64,000 nucleotides of DNA from Eledone cirrhosa (lineage: Eukaryota): assembly GCA_964016885.1 (NCBI GenBank), contig OZ024740.1, forward strand, positions 336,102,001 through 336,166,000. Direction: 5' to 3'. Positions 1-17,000 of this stretch are shown here, in pieces; position 1 is the stretch's first letter, and each line of letters starts with the position of its first letter. Both the position numbers and the translations under genes were made by a program. The notes beneath the pieces are model-generated. The model was given only the letters and a program-made list of their open reading frames with translations. It ran no database searches and was not told the DNA's origin.

Positions 1-880
<880 letters not shown>

Positions 881-1005
881 TATATATATGCACGCGTGAG
901 TGTGTGTGTGTGTGTGCGCGCGCGCGTTGTGTGTGTGTGAGTGTTGTTGTGGGCGTGCGTGCGTGTGTGTGTGTGAGTGTGTGTGTGGGCGTGCGTGTGT
1001 GTGTG
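881..1005. repeat. (TG)n/(GC)n compound microsatellite
   Basis: Visible TG/CG dinucleotide repeats. Confidence 0.9.
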
Positions 1006-3560
1006 ATGTAGGTAGTATTTATATTAAGAGTTTAGCGTATTTATGCATTACCAGCAGTAAACATGATACCACTTCAGATACCTGGAAATAGTTTATTTCC
1101 AGGTAGCTGAAGTGCTGAAGTGATTGATGTGTTAACTTCTTGAAACCGCTAGTAATGCATAAATAAGTCAAGCTGTCAACATAAATACTCTTATATTTCA
1201 GATTGTGTTGATTGTGCTTCACTTTCGAGTATACACGCAACTGTCTATATGAATATATATTATGTGTGTGTGTATATATATATGTGTATATATGCGTATG
1301 TGTATAGGTGTGTGTGTGTTCTGAAACACAATCACAATAGATATCAAGAAATATTATCGCAACTCCTCGCTAGAGACGAATAACACACAGCTAAAATCCT
1401 CAAAATTTCTATAAAGGCTACATCACAATATCTTTAAATATTTTTCACTATAAAATAAAACATATTACATTGCTGAAGCTTCATTACTAAGTCTATGTTT
1501 TCTTTTCAGAACCACAGGACACTTCGTACCTCATTAGTTACTGATGCTCGATTAAATTCAAGTACGATTTGGTGATATTCTTGCTACGCACACAACATCT
1601 TTGATTGTACTAAAAGGAAGACGCACGCATTCAACTGTGTGATATATAATGACTCACCAATTCACTACAGTCATTATCTCACATACATGACTCTCCTGTG
1701 GCTACTATAACAGCTCCTGTCCTCAAGACCTATGCGTTAATCTACGCAGTGCATTTGTTTATCGTGTTCTTATCAGTCTTTCTTTGTCTTATTTTCAATC
1801 CCAGAATTAAACAATTCCCCAAGCATTTCTTCCTAGAATGTATATCGCTGGAACACCTTCTGTCTATATTTTCTTTACTGACATCTAATTACAGATTCAA
1901 ACCGAATGTATCATCCTACATAAAATGTGCCTTTCCGATGACTGCAAAGTCAGGTTATGAGTTTTTTCCTTCATCTCAGATTATAGAAAAATAGAAAAGG
2001 AAGATAACATCTTCAATTCTCTGATTTATTCTTTAAAATTCTATTTTGTTTATTCCTTCACACTAATAAATCGATGTACTGTCCGTGCTGTTGCAAACGT
2101 TGTAAAGGGTGAGGTAAGATCATTGATAGCTGAAGATGTGATATTTAATTATTACTACTTCATTATATATGCCCCATGGAAAGACGTAGCCATAACAACA
2201 TCCACTTCCTTCATCCATAAAATATAGGATCACATTATTCATTCATAAATTATAGAATGAACTTACGTATTTATAATCGAAACCTGTAAATTTATAATCG
2301 TGAGTTGCACATACCATATCTACTATAGCTTGTCTAGCATGTAACTTTAGTTTTTGGACAGAAACTTGTAAATTAAGGAAGCAGATTCTCTCGAAAATAT
2401 CTCAGAAAGATGTTATATAAGGTTCGGTACCTTTTAGTACGCAATGAATATCGAGTTCATTTCTCTTTGCGGTTGATTAACACAAAACTAAACAACTCAA
2501 TTTACACTTTAGATAGAATTTGACGGAAATTTTCTTCAAGGTCCTGCAGAAAGTATCCTAGAGCAACTATAGAAGATTTCACAACGATAAACCGTCAATA
2601 TATCAGTGCTGAGCTATATGTACTAGCTGACATTTCGGAATAGAAAGATCTCTCTTTGATAACGGTTAAAGGCATAAAAGAGTCATACAGAGTTATATAT
2701 GCGGAAACAAAAGGAAATATTCAGCAGGAATATTATTGTTATTATTTCTTCAATCAATTACCAGGTGGTGAGGAAATAACTTGAGAGTCTTCAAATAACT
2801 AAATGTGAAAGTGATATTCTTTAGAAAATTATTGAAGTGGGCATAGATATCTCGAAAGTTCAGTGTGATACTTATAAACAAAAATCTATTGACAATCGTA
2901 GACCAATATTGGTGGCTCCAAGATGAAATAATAATGTTATTGAAAAAGTAGATTTTAAACAGGGAAGAGGAAGTAGACGTTATTCAATTCAGACAATATT
3001 TCTAGAATTAGACAATGTTTCTAATATACTATATAACTTCATAAACAACTAGAGGAAAAGTATCTCGCCATTGAATGTCAGACATTCAAATAAACAGCAA
3101 CTCACTCCTATTACCGATTTTATTGTTACTACTACCACTGATGCTGATGTTGCTGCTGCCGCTGCTCTGTGGCTTCAGCTACTGCTGTTGCTGCTGTCAT
3201 CATCTTTTTCATGAATCCTCCAATTAAAACAACTACAATTACAACGTACCAACAAGAAGGCCCGAACACCTCAAACTACTAGAAATAGCAACCAAATTTC
3301 CATCGTCTTTTTTTTATATAAAAACGACTCGTTGAACAATGTAATCTAAGAGCATTATGTTTCTTCCAAAACATGGAGGAGCCATGGTTGAAATAGCTTC
3401 CATCATGGTAGTAGAAGTAGTTTACAAGTAGTAGTAATTGTACAGGTATGTATAATAATTACATTCCATAGACAAACCCATTCAATGTTGTAGAGATACT
3501 AAGTTTTGTTTTTCATGTTTGCTCTAGACCTTGTAAAACATCAACTGGTCTCATCACAAT

Positions 3561-3900
3561 GCAGAAGAAAGGAATACAAACAAATACCGGAGATTGTTCT
3601 GCCGCTTCCTCTTTACACCGGTCGCCACCGAGACCTCAGGCGTACTTGGACCCCGTACTGCCGACCTCCTCCGCAAGATCGGAGCGTCAGCAACCCGGCT
3701 GAGGAAGGAGCCCCGTAAGTTCCCTGGTGCAGTGAGTATCGCTGGCCATTGTCCAAGGGAATTCCTTTGCAGTTTTGTCTGCGGGGCGCAGCCCCAACAC
3801 CGCCGCGCCCTAGGCCTAGAGCCCATCATCCTCCACCTTGCCCCTACCATTCTTCTGTGACACTAGAGCCCTTGCCGTTTTCTCCCTTTTCCGTTTATAT
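3561..3900 (+). mobile_element. 3' fragment of a CRE-like non-LTR retrotransposon (restriction-like endonuclease C-terminus)
   Basis: GC-rich island translating to AEERNTNKYRRLFCRFLFTPVATETSGVLGPRTADLLRKIG..., frameshift, then LAIVQGNSFAVL. This matches the K..KY...F.P.A.ET.G..G....LL..IG.....AI..GN motif of CRE-clade RLE domains. Confidence 0.75.
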
Positions 3901-3954
3901 AACCACAAAAGACACATGCATTTTTAACAATAAAACTTTTAGATATTATACATG

Positions 3955-4130
3955 AGTATTGGACAGTGAATACGCGTGGTTTCGTAAGGTTGTGATTTCG
4001 ATTCCCGGACCGCGTGATGCGTTATGTCCTTTGGCAAGACACTTTATTTCACGTTGCTCCTTCAACCTGGAGTTGCGACCGATAGACAGTATTAGCAATT
4101 GGAAAGACCAAAGTAAACGTTGTTTCCTCG
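3955..4130 (+). mobile_element. tRNA-derived SINE fragment (second family)
   Basis: B-box-like atttcgattcccgg followed by gcgttatgtcctttggcaagacacttt, a common SINE post-tRNA motif. Confidence 0.55.
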
Positions 4131-4804
4131 GTCCGATTTGACGAAAGTCTATTGCCTGTCGATTGGACAGCAAACAGAGTTTGACGGAACAATAAATATG
4201 AGAGAGCTACCGTCTGACAAAATAAAGCAGTCATCATATATGTATGTTTTCTTTAAGATTTATTTCAGTTACTCTTCACAGAGTTCGAGCGGGTGACTAA
4301 CAAAAATACAAGAGGCTGGAATGTGTCGGAGAATGACTTTAAATCGATTATCCAAGTGATTAATCAGTTTAAAGTTACTCATCTATAATGAACATCCACG
4401 CATGCTTACATGCAGTGAGCACATAGGTCATGACGTGCACATATGCATATATAAAGATTACATACATAGTGTCGCATGCGCACACATAAATACAGTAAGT
4501 TATATTGAATGTTACATTGAGAATCAGAGGATAGTCAACCATTCCAGGGCTCCTATCGATTTGTGATTAGGTTCTATGTTGTTCAATAGGAAAAGGGCAA
4601 TTCAATAGAAAAAAGCCACTTACTTCGTTGAGAATTGGTGAGTATACGAAAGTGCTTTTAGAGGATCTTTTGGGATAAATGTAGTATGAGAAAATAATCT
4701 GTTTTCCAACACACAATTATAACTGAATCTATACATTTCTAACCCTAGATATTTTAAAAATCATTTTGCATTTTAAATAGAAATACGAATAAATATTACA
4801 CGCA

Positions 4805-4876
4805 CAGAGAGAAAGAGAGAGTGTGAGAGAGTGAGAGAGAGAGAGAGAGAGGGAGAGAGAGAGAGAGAGTGTGTGT

Positions 4877-4915
<39 letters not shown>

Positions 4916-4980
4916 AGAGAGAGAGAGACACACATATACATGTGCACACAAAGATTTATATATATATAATCTTCTGAATA

Positions 4981-5020
<40 letters not shown>

Positions 5021-5066
5021 TATATCTATATCTATATCCATCTATCTATATATATAAAGAAACATA

Positions 5067-5102
<36 letters not shown>

Positions 5103-5206
5103 CATATAAATATATATATATATATATGTAATTATATATATATATATACACATATATATATATATATATATAATTACATATATATATATATATATTTATA
5201 TGTAAT

Positions 5207-5240
<34 letters not shown>

Positions 5241-5265
5241 TATACATATATATATATATATACAC

Positions 5266-5342
<77 letters not shown>
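4805..5342. repeat. (GA)n, (AAT)n and (TA)n compound microsatellite
   Basis: Direct inspection. Confidence 0.95.
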
Positions 5343-5344
<2 letters not shown>

Positions 5345-5484
5345 CTTGTGAATAAATAATATTTTGTAACTATAACTAGAATATTTCTTCGAAAAATAGA
5401 TAGACCGGGCGTCCTCAATAAAAGAGAAAAATATCAAATTTAGAGCAATGATGCATGTAATGATGTCTCTGCGTTTTAACTTTA

Positions 5485-5541
5485 TCTATACATTACATGC
5501 ATATATGTTATATGTATATGTATATATATATATGTGTGTGT

Positions 5542-5597
<56 letters not shown>

Positions 5598-5681
5598 CAG
5601 AGTTGGAATTAGTTTGCGTGTGTCTAAGCATATATGCACTCATGCATATTCTATATACAATATATATAGGCATGTATATAC

Positions 5682-5715
<34 letters not shown>

Positions 5716-5904
5716 TTATATGTATATATATATATATGCATATATGTATGTATATATGTATATATATATATATATATACAATATACATATATATACATAT
5801 AAATACATATATGTATATATATATATATATGTATATTTATTTATAATCTATGTGTGCCTGTATGTCTATGAGTATAAACCGCTCATGTGTGTACTAGCTA
5901 ACAA

Positions 5905-5958
<54 letters not shown>

Positions 5959-6090
5959 CATACATAATATCTACGTATCCTTCTATCTACTCATCAATCC
6001 TTATATTGTGACCATCTCTCGTTCTCGCTCCCTCTCTCTCTCTCACCCCTCTCTCTCTCTCTCTCCTTCTCTCTCTTTCCCTCTCTATAT
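5485..6090. repeat. (TG)n/(TA)n/(CT)n compound microsatellite
   Basis: Direct inspection; accounts for the YI/CV/SL-repeat ORFs in the track. Confidence 0.93.
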
Positions 6091-6619
6091 ATCTCTTGCC
6101 TTAATCTACCCTGCTATATATGTTTCTCTGTGGTTATCTCCCCATCTATCTAACAACCGTATATGTTTGTCTAACTATATACACCCCTATCTATCTATTT
6201 TATTTCTCCATTTATGTACATATCCATTCTACTATTTATCCATCCCTCTATCCATCCACATACCTATCTATAAATTTGTCTTAAGTGTTTTCCCTCTTTA
6301 TTGTACATTTTTATTGCCGTTCCGTTTCTTTCTCTCTGTTAATAATCTGTTTTATATTCCCTGTGCCTACAGACAACTTTATATCAAAATTTCATTTGCA
6401 AAATCTTTGATCTTTCCCATAACCACTAAAATCTGCTTTAACAAAATAATAATAAATAAATTTAAGAACATAGGAAATCGGGAAAACACATTTGGTTGAT
6501 CATCTCTGGATCACGTGAATAGCTTCATTTCCGGCACTTACAAACGTTGTGTTTTCACTGTTAGTAAAACTTTCCTTTCAATAACCGCAACTTCATCACT
6601 TCATTCGTTCAGACACGCC

Positions 6620-7150
<531 letters not shown>

Positions 7151-9920
7151 TTTCATTAGTGTCTGTATATGTCCGACAATGGTTCTACATGCAGTTTAAC
7201 ATGTGCAATGGCGTATATTTTATGTAGAATATGCATGGGTGCGTATATACTTAAACACGCATACACAAATAGAGAGTGTGTGATGCTACATTGGTCAGCG
7301 AGAGAAGATATTTAAGCATGTTTGAAGTACCGTAGTAGCGTAAAAGTATACTTAAAGGTAAAATATTTACTGAATATTCTAGACTAAATGTGAAAACAAT
7401 GATTGTAGGGATAGTTATGTGTGTGTAGTTCTCAACCAATCATATTTGCTGCTTCCAATTATTATTTCAGTCAACCATTGTCTGCATAACTATTACGTAA
7501 TTAAGATGATATTCTCATTGTGTGGATTTCATCCAATTAGATTGTTGATGCTATTGAGAAAATATCAGATAAATTGGTCAAATTCTTCTTTTTTTTTTTC
7601 ATTTATTTAGATGATGCAGGGAAAGGATCAATGAAATGAATGCTATTCCAAGTTTTCTCTTCACTCTCTGTTGCTTTATCAAGTATGAACATTCTCATAC
7701 GTCTTCAAGGACAAGACAGAGGAATACCACAACCAGACCTTTCCCTGAAGGGTTTTACTAACTTCAATGAAAGAATACTTGTTTGAATTGAATCGTAAAA
7801 GACGATGTAGAATAGATGTATGTTAACTATTTTTATATTATTTTTTACCAAGCTTTTACATCAGAGTCATTTGTTAAAGTTTTAAGGACCGTTCTTATTA
7901 AAGAAAAGGGTCACTATTTCACACACTGTTGGTCTTTGTTGTTTGGCGGTTCATAAAACAACTATTACTACTAGCAAAGTTGTAATATTGCAAAGCTACC
8001 TAATTCTTAGAAATTTAAATCATATATAGCGAACTGAATATTCTCTGATTTTGTAGGCCTAAGTAGTTTTCTTTATATAAGATGATACTGAAATGTTAAA
8101 AACGTTAATTGCCCGTAACATTCAGTACGCTTATTAAATCATTATCATTGCTTCTAACGGAAATAATTTCTAGTTAAGCATCTATCAGAAACCAATGATG
8201 AAACATGAAAGACTAAGGTTATTAAGATAACACAAAGCAAATTCTGAAACGTTGCAACCAATTGTTAAGAAGTGTACTTATTGATGTTAAATCCATCACC
8301 TGACATTTGGACATCTTTAACTTGCTTTACAGCGTCGCAATTGTTGCTAATATTCATGGACACTGCTCCTGTTCTTCTTACTAAACCATAAACATGATAT
8401 ATGTATGGACCCATAACTCCTGAGGGAGTCGTAGCAGCGCCATATTGATATACTGCATTTCCAGGGCATTTTTAAACCTGTCGGAGACTATTTACCCTCT
8501 AAATCTGAATACAGCATATTTCTTCCAGAGAACGATAGCGAGTAAGAGAAAGGAAGTGAGAAAGAGATATAGAGTAAAATTCGACCTTAGTACTAGACTG
8601 GTACTTTTTAGCGACCTTAAATGGATGAAGGCAAAGTTGATCATGGCGAGATTTAAACTCAGAGAGCAGAGAGTCGGAACGAATACTGCAAAGCACTCTA
8701 TCCGACCTTCTAACGAGTCTGCCAATTCACCGTCCCATAAACTTGATAGTCCTACACTAAACACTTTTTCCCCATCATTTGACCCTCTGGATTTTCGTCT
8801 AGCATACTTTCTTTATTTCACGAACATTAATATACAGAAGTTCAAACCGAATATCAATCCAGTGTTGCAACGGCGATACATGTTTTTTTGCTGCTATTAT
8901 ATTTTGAACTCATTAATAAAAATAGAACTATTTTTAATTCGATGTATAGTTTAGAACCGCGCACCCAAGTACACACGTATATCTCTATAACATTTATAAT
9001 TCTATATATATTAAAATATATAGAGAGAATTCTATATATATTAAAATCGTGTTCATATTCCATGGTGGTCTGGTTACTTAATTTAAAAGTCCATGGGGTT
9101 GCTGATAACTAATATAGATTTTACGAAGTGGATTTCATATAGAAAATGGAATATGAATATATATTGATAATTCTATGCAAAGAAAAATGAAATGATAGCT
9201 TTAATTTGCAAAAATAATGGAAATTTCAATGCATTTGAGAACTGCAGAAAGGAAGATTTCAATATATGTAATCATAAAAAAAATAGCAATAATAAAATAT
9301 ATACATATATATATATATATTTGAATCAAATTTCTGGAAAGACATTTTTGATGAGATAAAAGAATACGTAGTGTGTTGGAAATAACATAAGTAGGAGGTA
9401 AACATCAGCTTTTATCATGTCACGAAGCCTTTTTCATTAATGTCATAAATTGAGAGATTTTATCTAAAAATTGATACAATGGCTACAAAAACACACTGAC
9501 GTTGAACATTGATACGTATGTATAAGAAAGAAGTAAATACATCTAACATTCAGCTCGAAGAAAACATAAAAGATTTACTCTTAAATAGACAAGGAGCGTC
9601 AGTAAACTTTTTGTCCATTATAAACGGCGAAAAGATGGTTTGTATAACAATTTCTATCGATCATTCGTAATGAGTCTCTTTTTCTACCTTATATTATTCC
9701 CTCCTAATTGTTTACCTACTTTATATAAATGTTTGTCAATGGATTTATTTTACATTGACCAATAGTCACTTAAAAGTTTAGTCTGAAGTATTTCACTATT
9801 AACCATACATTTCATTTGGTCTTTCGGATTCAATATTGTGGAGAAAACACCAGACTAATTATCTACCTTGTCGCTCATTTCATTGCTCTTCTCGTTCTAA
9901 TCTCCACTCCTCTTCATTAT

Positions 9921-10140
9921 TGGGATTGGCAGTATCGGTGGAGCGTCCGACAAGATTCATTGTGGCATAGATGTGCGGCCCTTTACGTTTTGAGTTCAAA
10001 TCTCGCCGAGGTTAGCTTTGCTTTTCATCCTTATAGGGTCAATAAAATAAAGTACCAGTAACGTACTGGGGTAGATTTACTCGACTTTCCCCTCCCTTCA
10101 CAAATTGTTGGCCATGTGCCTAAATCAGAAACCATTATTA
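9921..10140 (+). mobile_element. Octopus-type tRNA-derived SINE (main family)
   Basis: A-box-like tggcagtatcgg, B-box gagttcaaatc, core ctttcatcctt..ggtc.ataaaataaagtaccagt, and an (ATT)n tail. About 10 similar copies occur in the window. Confidence 0.9.
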
Positions 10141-10157
10141 TCATTATTTTTGCCACG

Positions 10158-10206
10158 GCTACTACTACTCCTACTACTATTACTACTACTACTACTGTTG
10201 TTGCTG

Positions 10207-10256
<50 letters not shown>

Positions 10257-10462
10257 GCTGTTGCTGCTACTACTACTACTACTATTACTACTACTATTAC
10301 TACGACTGCTACTTCTATTACTACTGCTGCTGTTGCTGTTGCTGCTATTGCTACTACTACTACTACTCCTACTACTATTACTACTACTACTACTGTTGTT
10401 GCTGCTGCTACTACTACTACTACTATTACCATTACTATTACTATTATTGTTATCATTATCAT
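10158..10462. repeat. (CTA)n/(CTG)n trinucleotide microsatellite
   Basis: Direct inspection; produces the poly-T/L/V ORFs. Confidence 0.95.
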
Positions 10463-10820
10463 CAGTGTCGTCATTATGTGTTTTAATGTTTTAGATAGCT
10501 ACTACAATACAAGTTAGGAATAAAGAGAAAAAAACAAAGAACGTTACCCATCTTCTACGATATTTCGTATGTAAAAAGCTTGACTGAAATATTCGTACCA
10601 CCGATTCACAGCTATTTCACCACAAACTGCGCTCTCCATGTTGTCTCCCCAGTATCTTGTCAGTGGCTTCATTGTTCTATCTGACTGCGCCAAATATTAT
10701 CTTTTCACCCATCACCATTTTCGCATTGAAATTGAAATCATTTCATTCTTATAATATTCTTTGTATTCTAACATTGAGTAACAAGTTATCGTCATCAGTA
10801 TCATAATCATTATTATCTTC

Positions 10821-11016
10821 GAGGGCGGTGGATTGGCAGTATCGGTAGAGGCTCGGACGCCGTGCTTTGACGTATAGAGTTACGGCCCTTGCCATTCTGA
10901 GCTCAAATCCCGCCGAGGTTAACTTTGCCTTTCATCCTTACGGGGTCGATAAAATAAAGTACCAGTAATATACTGGGTAATTGCTGGCCTTGTGCCAAAA
11001 GTAGAAACAATTATTA
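10821..11016 (+). mobile_element. Octopus-type SINE (main family)
   Basis: gggcggtggattggcagtatcgg...gagctcaaatcccgccgaggttaactttgcctttcatccttacggggtcgataaaataaagtaccagt...agtagaaacaattatt. Confidence 0.92.
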
Positions 11017-11076
11017 TCTTCATATCATAATTATTGTTATGGCTTTCATTATCAACAATACCGTCTTCGTTTTCAT

Positions 11077-14000
11077 TGTCATCATACCACCGTTACTGTC
11101 ATCATAACACCGTTACTGTCATCATAACACCGTTACTGTCATCATAACACCGTTACTGTCATCATAACACCGTTACTGTCATCATAACACCGTTACTGTA
11201 ATCATAACACCGTTACTGTCATCATAACACCGTTACTGTCATCATAACACCGTTACTGTCACCATAACACCATTACTGTTATCATAATACCGTTACTGTC
11301 ATTATAATACCATTACTGTCATCATAACACGGTTACTGTAATCATAACACCGTTACTGTCATCATAACATGGTTACTGTCATCATAACACCGTTACTGTC
11401 ATCATAACACCGTTACTGTCATCATAACACGGTTACTGTAATCATAACACCGTTACTGTCATCATAACACCGTTACTGTCATCATAACACCGTTACTGTC
11501 ATCATAACACGGTTACTGTAATCATAACACCGTTACTGTCATCATAACACTGTTACTGTCATCATAACCACCGTTACTGTAATCATAACACCGTTACTGT
11601 CATCATAACCACCGTTACTGTCATCATAACACAGTTACTGTCATCATAACACCGTTACTGTCATCATAACACCGTTACTGTCATCATAACACCGTTACTG
11701 TCATCATAACACCGTTACTGTCATCATAACACCGTTACTGTCATCATAACACCGTTACTGTCATCATAACACCGTTACTGTCACCATAACACCGTTACTG
11801 TCATCATAACACCGTTACTGTCATAATAACACCGTTACTGTCATCATAACCACCGTTATTGTCATCATAACACCGTTACTGTCATCATAACACCGTTACT
11901 GTCACCATAACCACCGTTACTGTCATAATAACACCGTTACTGTCACCATAACACCGTTACTGTCATCATAACACCGTTAGTGTCATTATAACACCGTTAC
12001 TGTCATCATAACACCGTTAGTGTCATTATAACACCGTTACTGTCATCATAACACCGTTACTGTCATCATAACACCGTTACTGTCATAATAACACCGTTAC
12101 TGTCACCATAACACCGTTACTGTCATCATAACACCATTACTGTCATCATAACACCGTTATTGTCATCATAACACCGTTACTGTCATCATAACACCGTTAC
12201 TGTCATCATAACACCATTACTGTCATCGTAACACGGTTACTGTGATCATAAGACCGTTACTGTAATCATAACACCGTTACTGTCATCATAACACCGTTAC
12301 TGTCATCATAACACCGTTACTGTCATCATAACACCGTTAGTGTCATTATAACAACCATTACTGTCATCATAACACCGTTACAGTCATCATAACACCGTTA
12401 CTGTCATAATGACACCGTTACTGTCACCATAACACCGTTACTGTCATCATAACACCATTACTGTCACCATAACACCGTTACTGTCATCATAACACCGTTA
12501 CTGTCATCATAACACCATTACTGTCATCATAACACCATTACTGTCATCATAACACCATTACTGTCATCGTAACACGGTTACTGTCATCATAAGACCGTTA
12601 CTGTAATCATAACACCGTTACTGTCATCATAACCACCGTTACTGTCATCATAACACAGTTACTGTCATCATAACCACCGTTACTGTCATTATAACACCAT
12701 TACTGTCATCATAACACCGTTACTGTCATCATAACACCATTACTGTCATCATAACACCGTTACTGTCATCATAACCAGCGTTACTGTCATCATAACCACC
12801 GTTATTGTCATCATAACCACCGTTACTGTCATCATAACACCGTTACTGTCATCATAACACCGTTACTGTCATAATAACACCGTTACTGTCATCATAACAC
12901 CATTACTGTCATCATAACCACCGTTACTGTCATCATAACACCGTTACTGTCATCATAACACCGTTACTGTCATCATAACACCGTTACTGTCATCATAACA
13001 CCGTTATTGTCATCATAACACCGTTACTGTCATAATAACACCGTTACTGTCATCATAACACCGTTACTGTCATAATAACACCGTTAATGTCATAATAACA
13101 CGGTTACTGTCACCATAACACCGTTACTGTCATCATAACACCGTTACTGTCATCATAACACCGTTACTGTCATAATAACACGGTTACTGTCATCATAACC
13201 ACCGTTACTGTCATTATAACACCGTTACTGTCATCATAACACCGTTACTGTCATCATAACACCGTTAGTGTCATAATAACACCGTTACTGTCACCATAAC
13301 ACCGTTACTGTCATCATAACACCGTTACTGTCATCATAACACCGTTACTGTCATCATAACCACCGTTACTGTCATCATAACACCGTTACTGTCATTATAA
13401 CACCGTTACTGTCATCATAACACCGTTACTGTCATCATAACCACCGTTACTGTCATCATAACACCGTTACTGTCATCATAACACCGTTACTGTCATCATA
13501 ACCACCGTTAATGTCATCATAACACCGTTACTGTCATCATAACACCGTTACTGTCATCATAACCACCGTTACTGTCATCATAACACCGTTACTGTCATTA
13601 TAACACCGTTACTGTCATCATAACACCGTTACTGTCACCATAACACCATTACTGTTATCATAATACCGTTACTGTCATTATAATACCATTACTGTCATCT
13701 TAACACCGTTACTGTCATCTTAACACCGTTACTGTCATCATAACACCGTTACTGTCATAATAACACCGTTACTGTCATCATAACACCGTTACTGTCATCA
13801 TAACACCATTACTGTTATCATAATACCGTTACTGACATCATAACACCGTTACTGTCATCATAACACCGTTACTGTCATCATAACACCGTTACTGTCATCA
13901 TAACCACCATTGCTGTTATCATAATACCGTTACTGACATCATAACACCGGTACTGTCATCATAACACCGTTACTGTCATCATAACACCGTTACTGTCATC

Positions 14001-17000
14001 ATAACACCGTTACTGTCATCATAACACCGTTACTGTCATCATAACACCGTTACTGTCATCTTAACACCATTACTGTTATCATAATACCGTTACTGACATC
14101 ATAACACCGTTACTGTCATCATAACACCGTTACTGTCATCTTAACACCGTTACTGTCATCATAACACCGTTATTGTCATCATAACACCGTTACTGTCATA
14201 ATAACACCGTTACTGTCATCATAACACCGTTACTGTCATAATAACACCGTTAATGGCATAATAACACGGTTACTGTCACCATAACACCGTTACTGTCATC
14301 ATAACACCGTTACTGTCATCATAACACCGTTACTGTCATAATAACACGGTTACTGTCATCATAACCACCGTTACTGTCATTATAACACCGTTACTGTCAT
14401 CATAACACCGTTACTGTCATCATAACACCGTTAGTGTCATAATAACACCGTTACTGTCACCATAACACCGTTACTGTCATCATAACACCGTTACTGTCAT
14501 CATAATACCGTTACTGTCATCATAACCACCGTTACTGTCATCATAACACCGTTACTGTCATTATAACACCGTTACTGTCATCATAACACCGTTACTGTCA
14601 TCATAACCACCATTACTCTCATCATAACACCGTTACTGTCATCATAACACCGTTACTGTCATCATAACCACCGTTGCTGTCATCATAACACCGTTACTGT
14701 CATCATAACACCGTTACTGTCATCATAACCACCGTTACTGTCATCATAACACCGTTACTGTCATTATAACACCGTTACTGTCATCATAACACCGTTACTG
14801 TCACCATAACACCATTACTGTTATCATAATACCGTTACTGTCATTATAATACCATTACTGTCATCTTAACACCGTTACTGTCATCTTAACACCGTTACTG
14901 TCATCATAACACCGTTACTGTCATCATAACACCGTTACTGTCATAATAACACCGTTACTGTCATCATAACACCGTTACTGTCATAATAACACCGTTAATG
15001 TCATAATAACACGGTTACTGTCACCATAACACGGTTACTGTCATCATAACACCGTTACTGTCATCATAACACCGTTACTGTCATAATAACACGGTTACTG
15101 TCATCATAACCACCGTTACTGTCATTATAACACCGTTACTGTCATCATAACACCGTTACTGTCATCATAACACCGTTAGTGTCATAATAACACCGTTACT
15201 GTCACCATAACACCGTTACTGTCATCATAACACCGTTACTGTCATCATAACACCGTTACTGTCATCATAACCACCGTTACTGTCATCATAACACCGTTAC
15301 TGTCATTATAACACCGTTACTGTCATCATAACACCGTTACTGTCATCATAACCACCGTTACTGTCATCATAACACCGTTACTGTCATCATAACACCGTTA
15401 CTGTCATCATAACCACCGTTACTGTCATCATAACACCGTTACTGTCATCATAACACCGTTACTGTCATCATAATCACCGTTACTGTCATCATAACACCGT
15501 TACTGTCATTATAACACCGTTACTGTCATCATAACACCGTTACTGTCACCATAACACCATTACTGTTATCATAATACCGTTACTGTCATTATAATACCGT
15601 TACTGACATCATAACACCGGTACTGTCATCATAACACCGTTACTGTCATCATAACACCGTTACTGTCATCATAACACCGTTACTGTCATCATAACACCGT
15701 TACTGTCATCATAACACCATTACTGTTATCATAATACCGTTACTGACATCATAACACCGTTACTGTCATCATAACACCGTTACTGTCATCATAACACCGT
15801 TACTGTCATCATAACCACCATTGCTGTTATCATAATACCGTTACTGACATCATAACACCGGTACTGTCATCATAACACCGTTACTGTCATCATAACACCG
15901 TTACTGTCATCATAACACCGTTACTGTCATCATAACACCGTTACTGTCATCATAACACCGTTACTGTCATCTTAACACCATTACTGTTATCATAATACCG
16001 TTACTGACATCATAACACCGTTACTGTCATCATAACACCGTTACTGTCATCTTAACACCGTTACTGTCATCATAACACCGTTATTGTCATCATAACACCG
16101 TTACTGTCATAATAACACCGTTACTGTCATCATAACACCGTTACTGTCATAATAACACCGTTAATGTCATAATAACACGGTTACTGTCACCATAACACCG
16201 TTACTGTCATCATAACACCGTTACTGTCATCATAACACCGTTACTGTCATAATAACACGGTTACTGTCATCATAACCACCGTTACTGTCATTATAACACC
16301 GTTACTGTCATCATAACACCGTTACTGTCATCATAACACCGTTAGTGTCATAATAACACCGTTACTGTCACCATAACACCGTTACTGTCATCATAACACC
16401 GTTACTGTCATCATAACACCGTTACTGTCATCATAACCACCGTTACTGTCATCATAACACCGTTACTGTCATTATAACACCGTTACTGTCATCATAACAC
16501 CGTTACTGTCATCATAACCACCATTACTCTCATCATAACACCGTTACTGTCATCATAACACCGTTACTGTCATCATAACCACCGTTGCTGTCATCATAAC
16601 ACCGTTACTGTCATCATAACACCGTTACTGTCATCATAACCACCGTTACTGTCATCATAACACCGTTACTGTCATTATAACACCGTTACTGTCATCATAA
16701 CACCGTTACTGTCACCATAACACCATTACTGTTATCATAATACCGTTACTGTCATTATAATACCATTACTGTCATCTTAACACCGTTACTGTCATCTTAA
16801 CACCGTTACTGTCATCATAACACCGTTACTGTCATAATAACACCGTTACTGTCATCATAACACCGTTACTGTCATCATAACACCATTACTGTTATCATAA
16901 TACCGTTACTGACATCATAACACCGTTACTGTCATCATAACACCGTTACTGTCATCATAACACCGTTACTGTCATCATAACCACCGTTACTCTCATCATA

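Noticed and set aside
8445-8954. 169-aa plus ORF and hydrophobic 90-aa minus ORF as a possible GPCR or membrane-protein exon
   Set aside because: No diagnostic motif such as DRY or NPxxY and no supportable splice structure.
9921-10010. tRNA gene (A and B boxes)
   Set aside because: It is the head of a multi-copy SINE with no complete cloverleaf.
10031-10517. Mucin-like Thr-rich ORF
   Set aside because: It is a (CTA)n microsatellite extending from a SINE tail.
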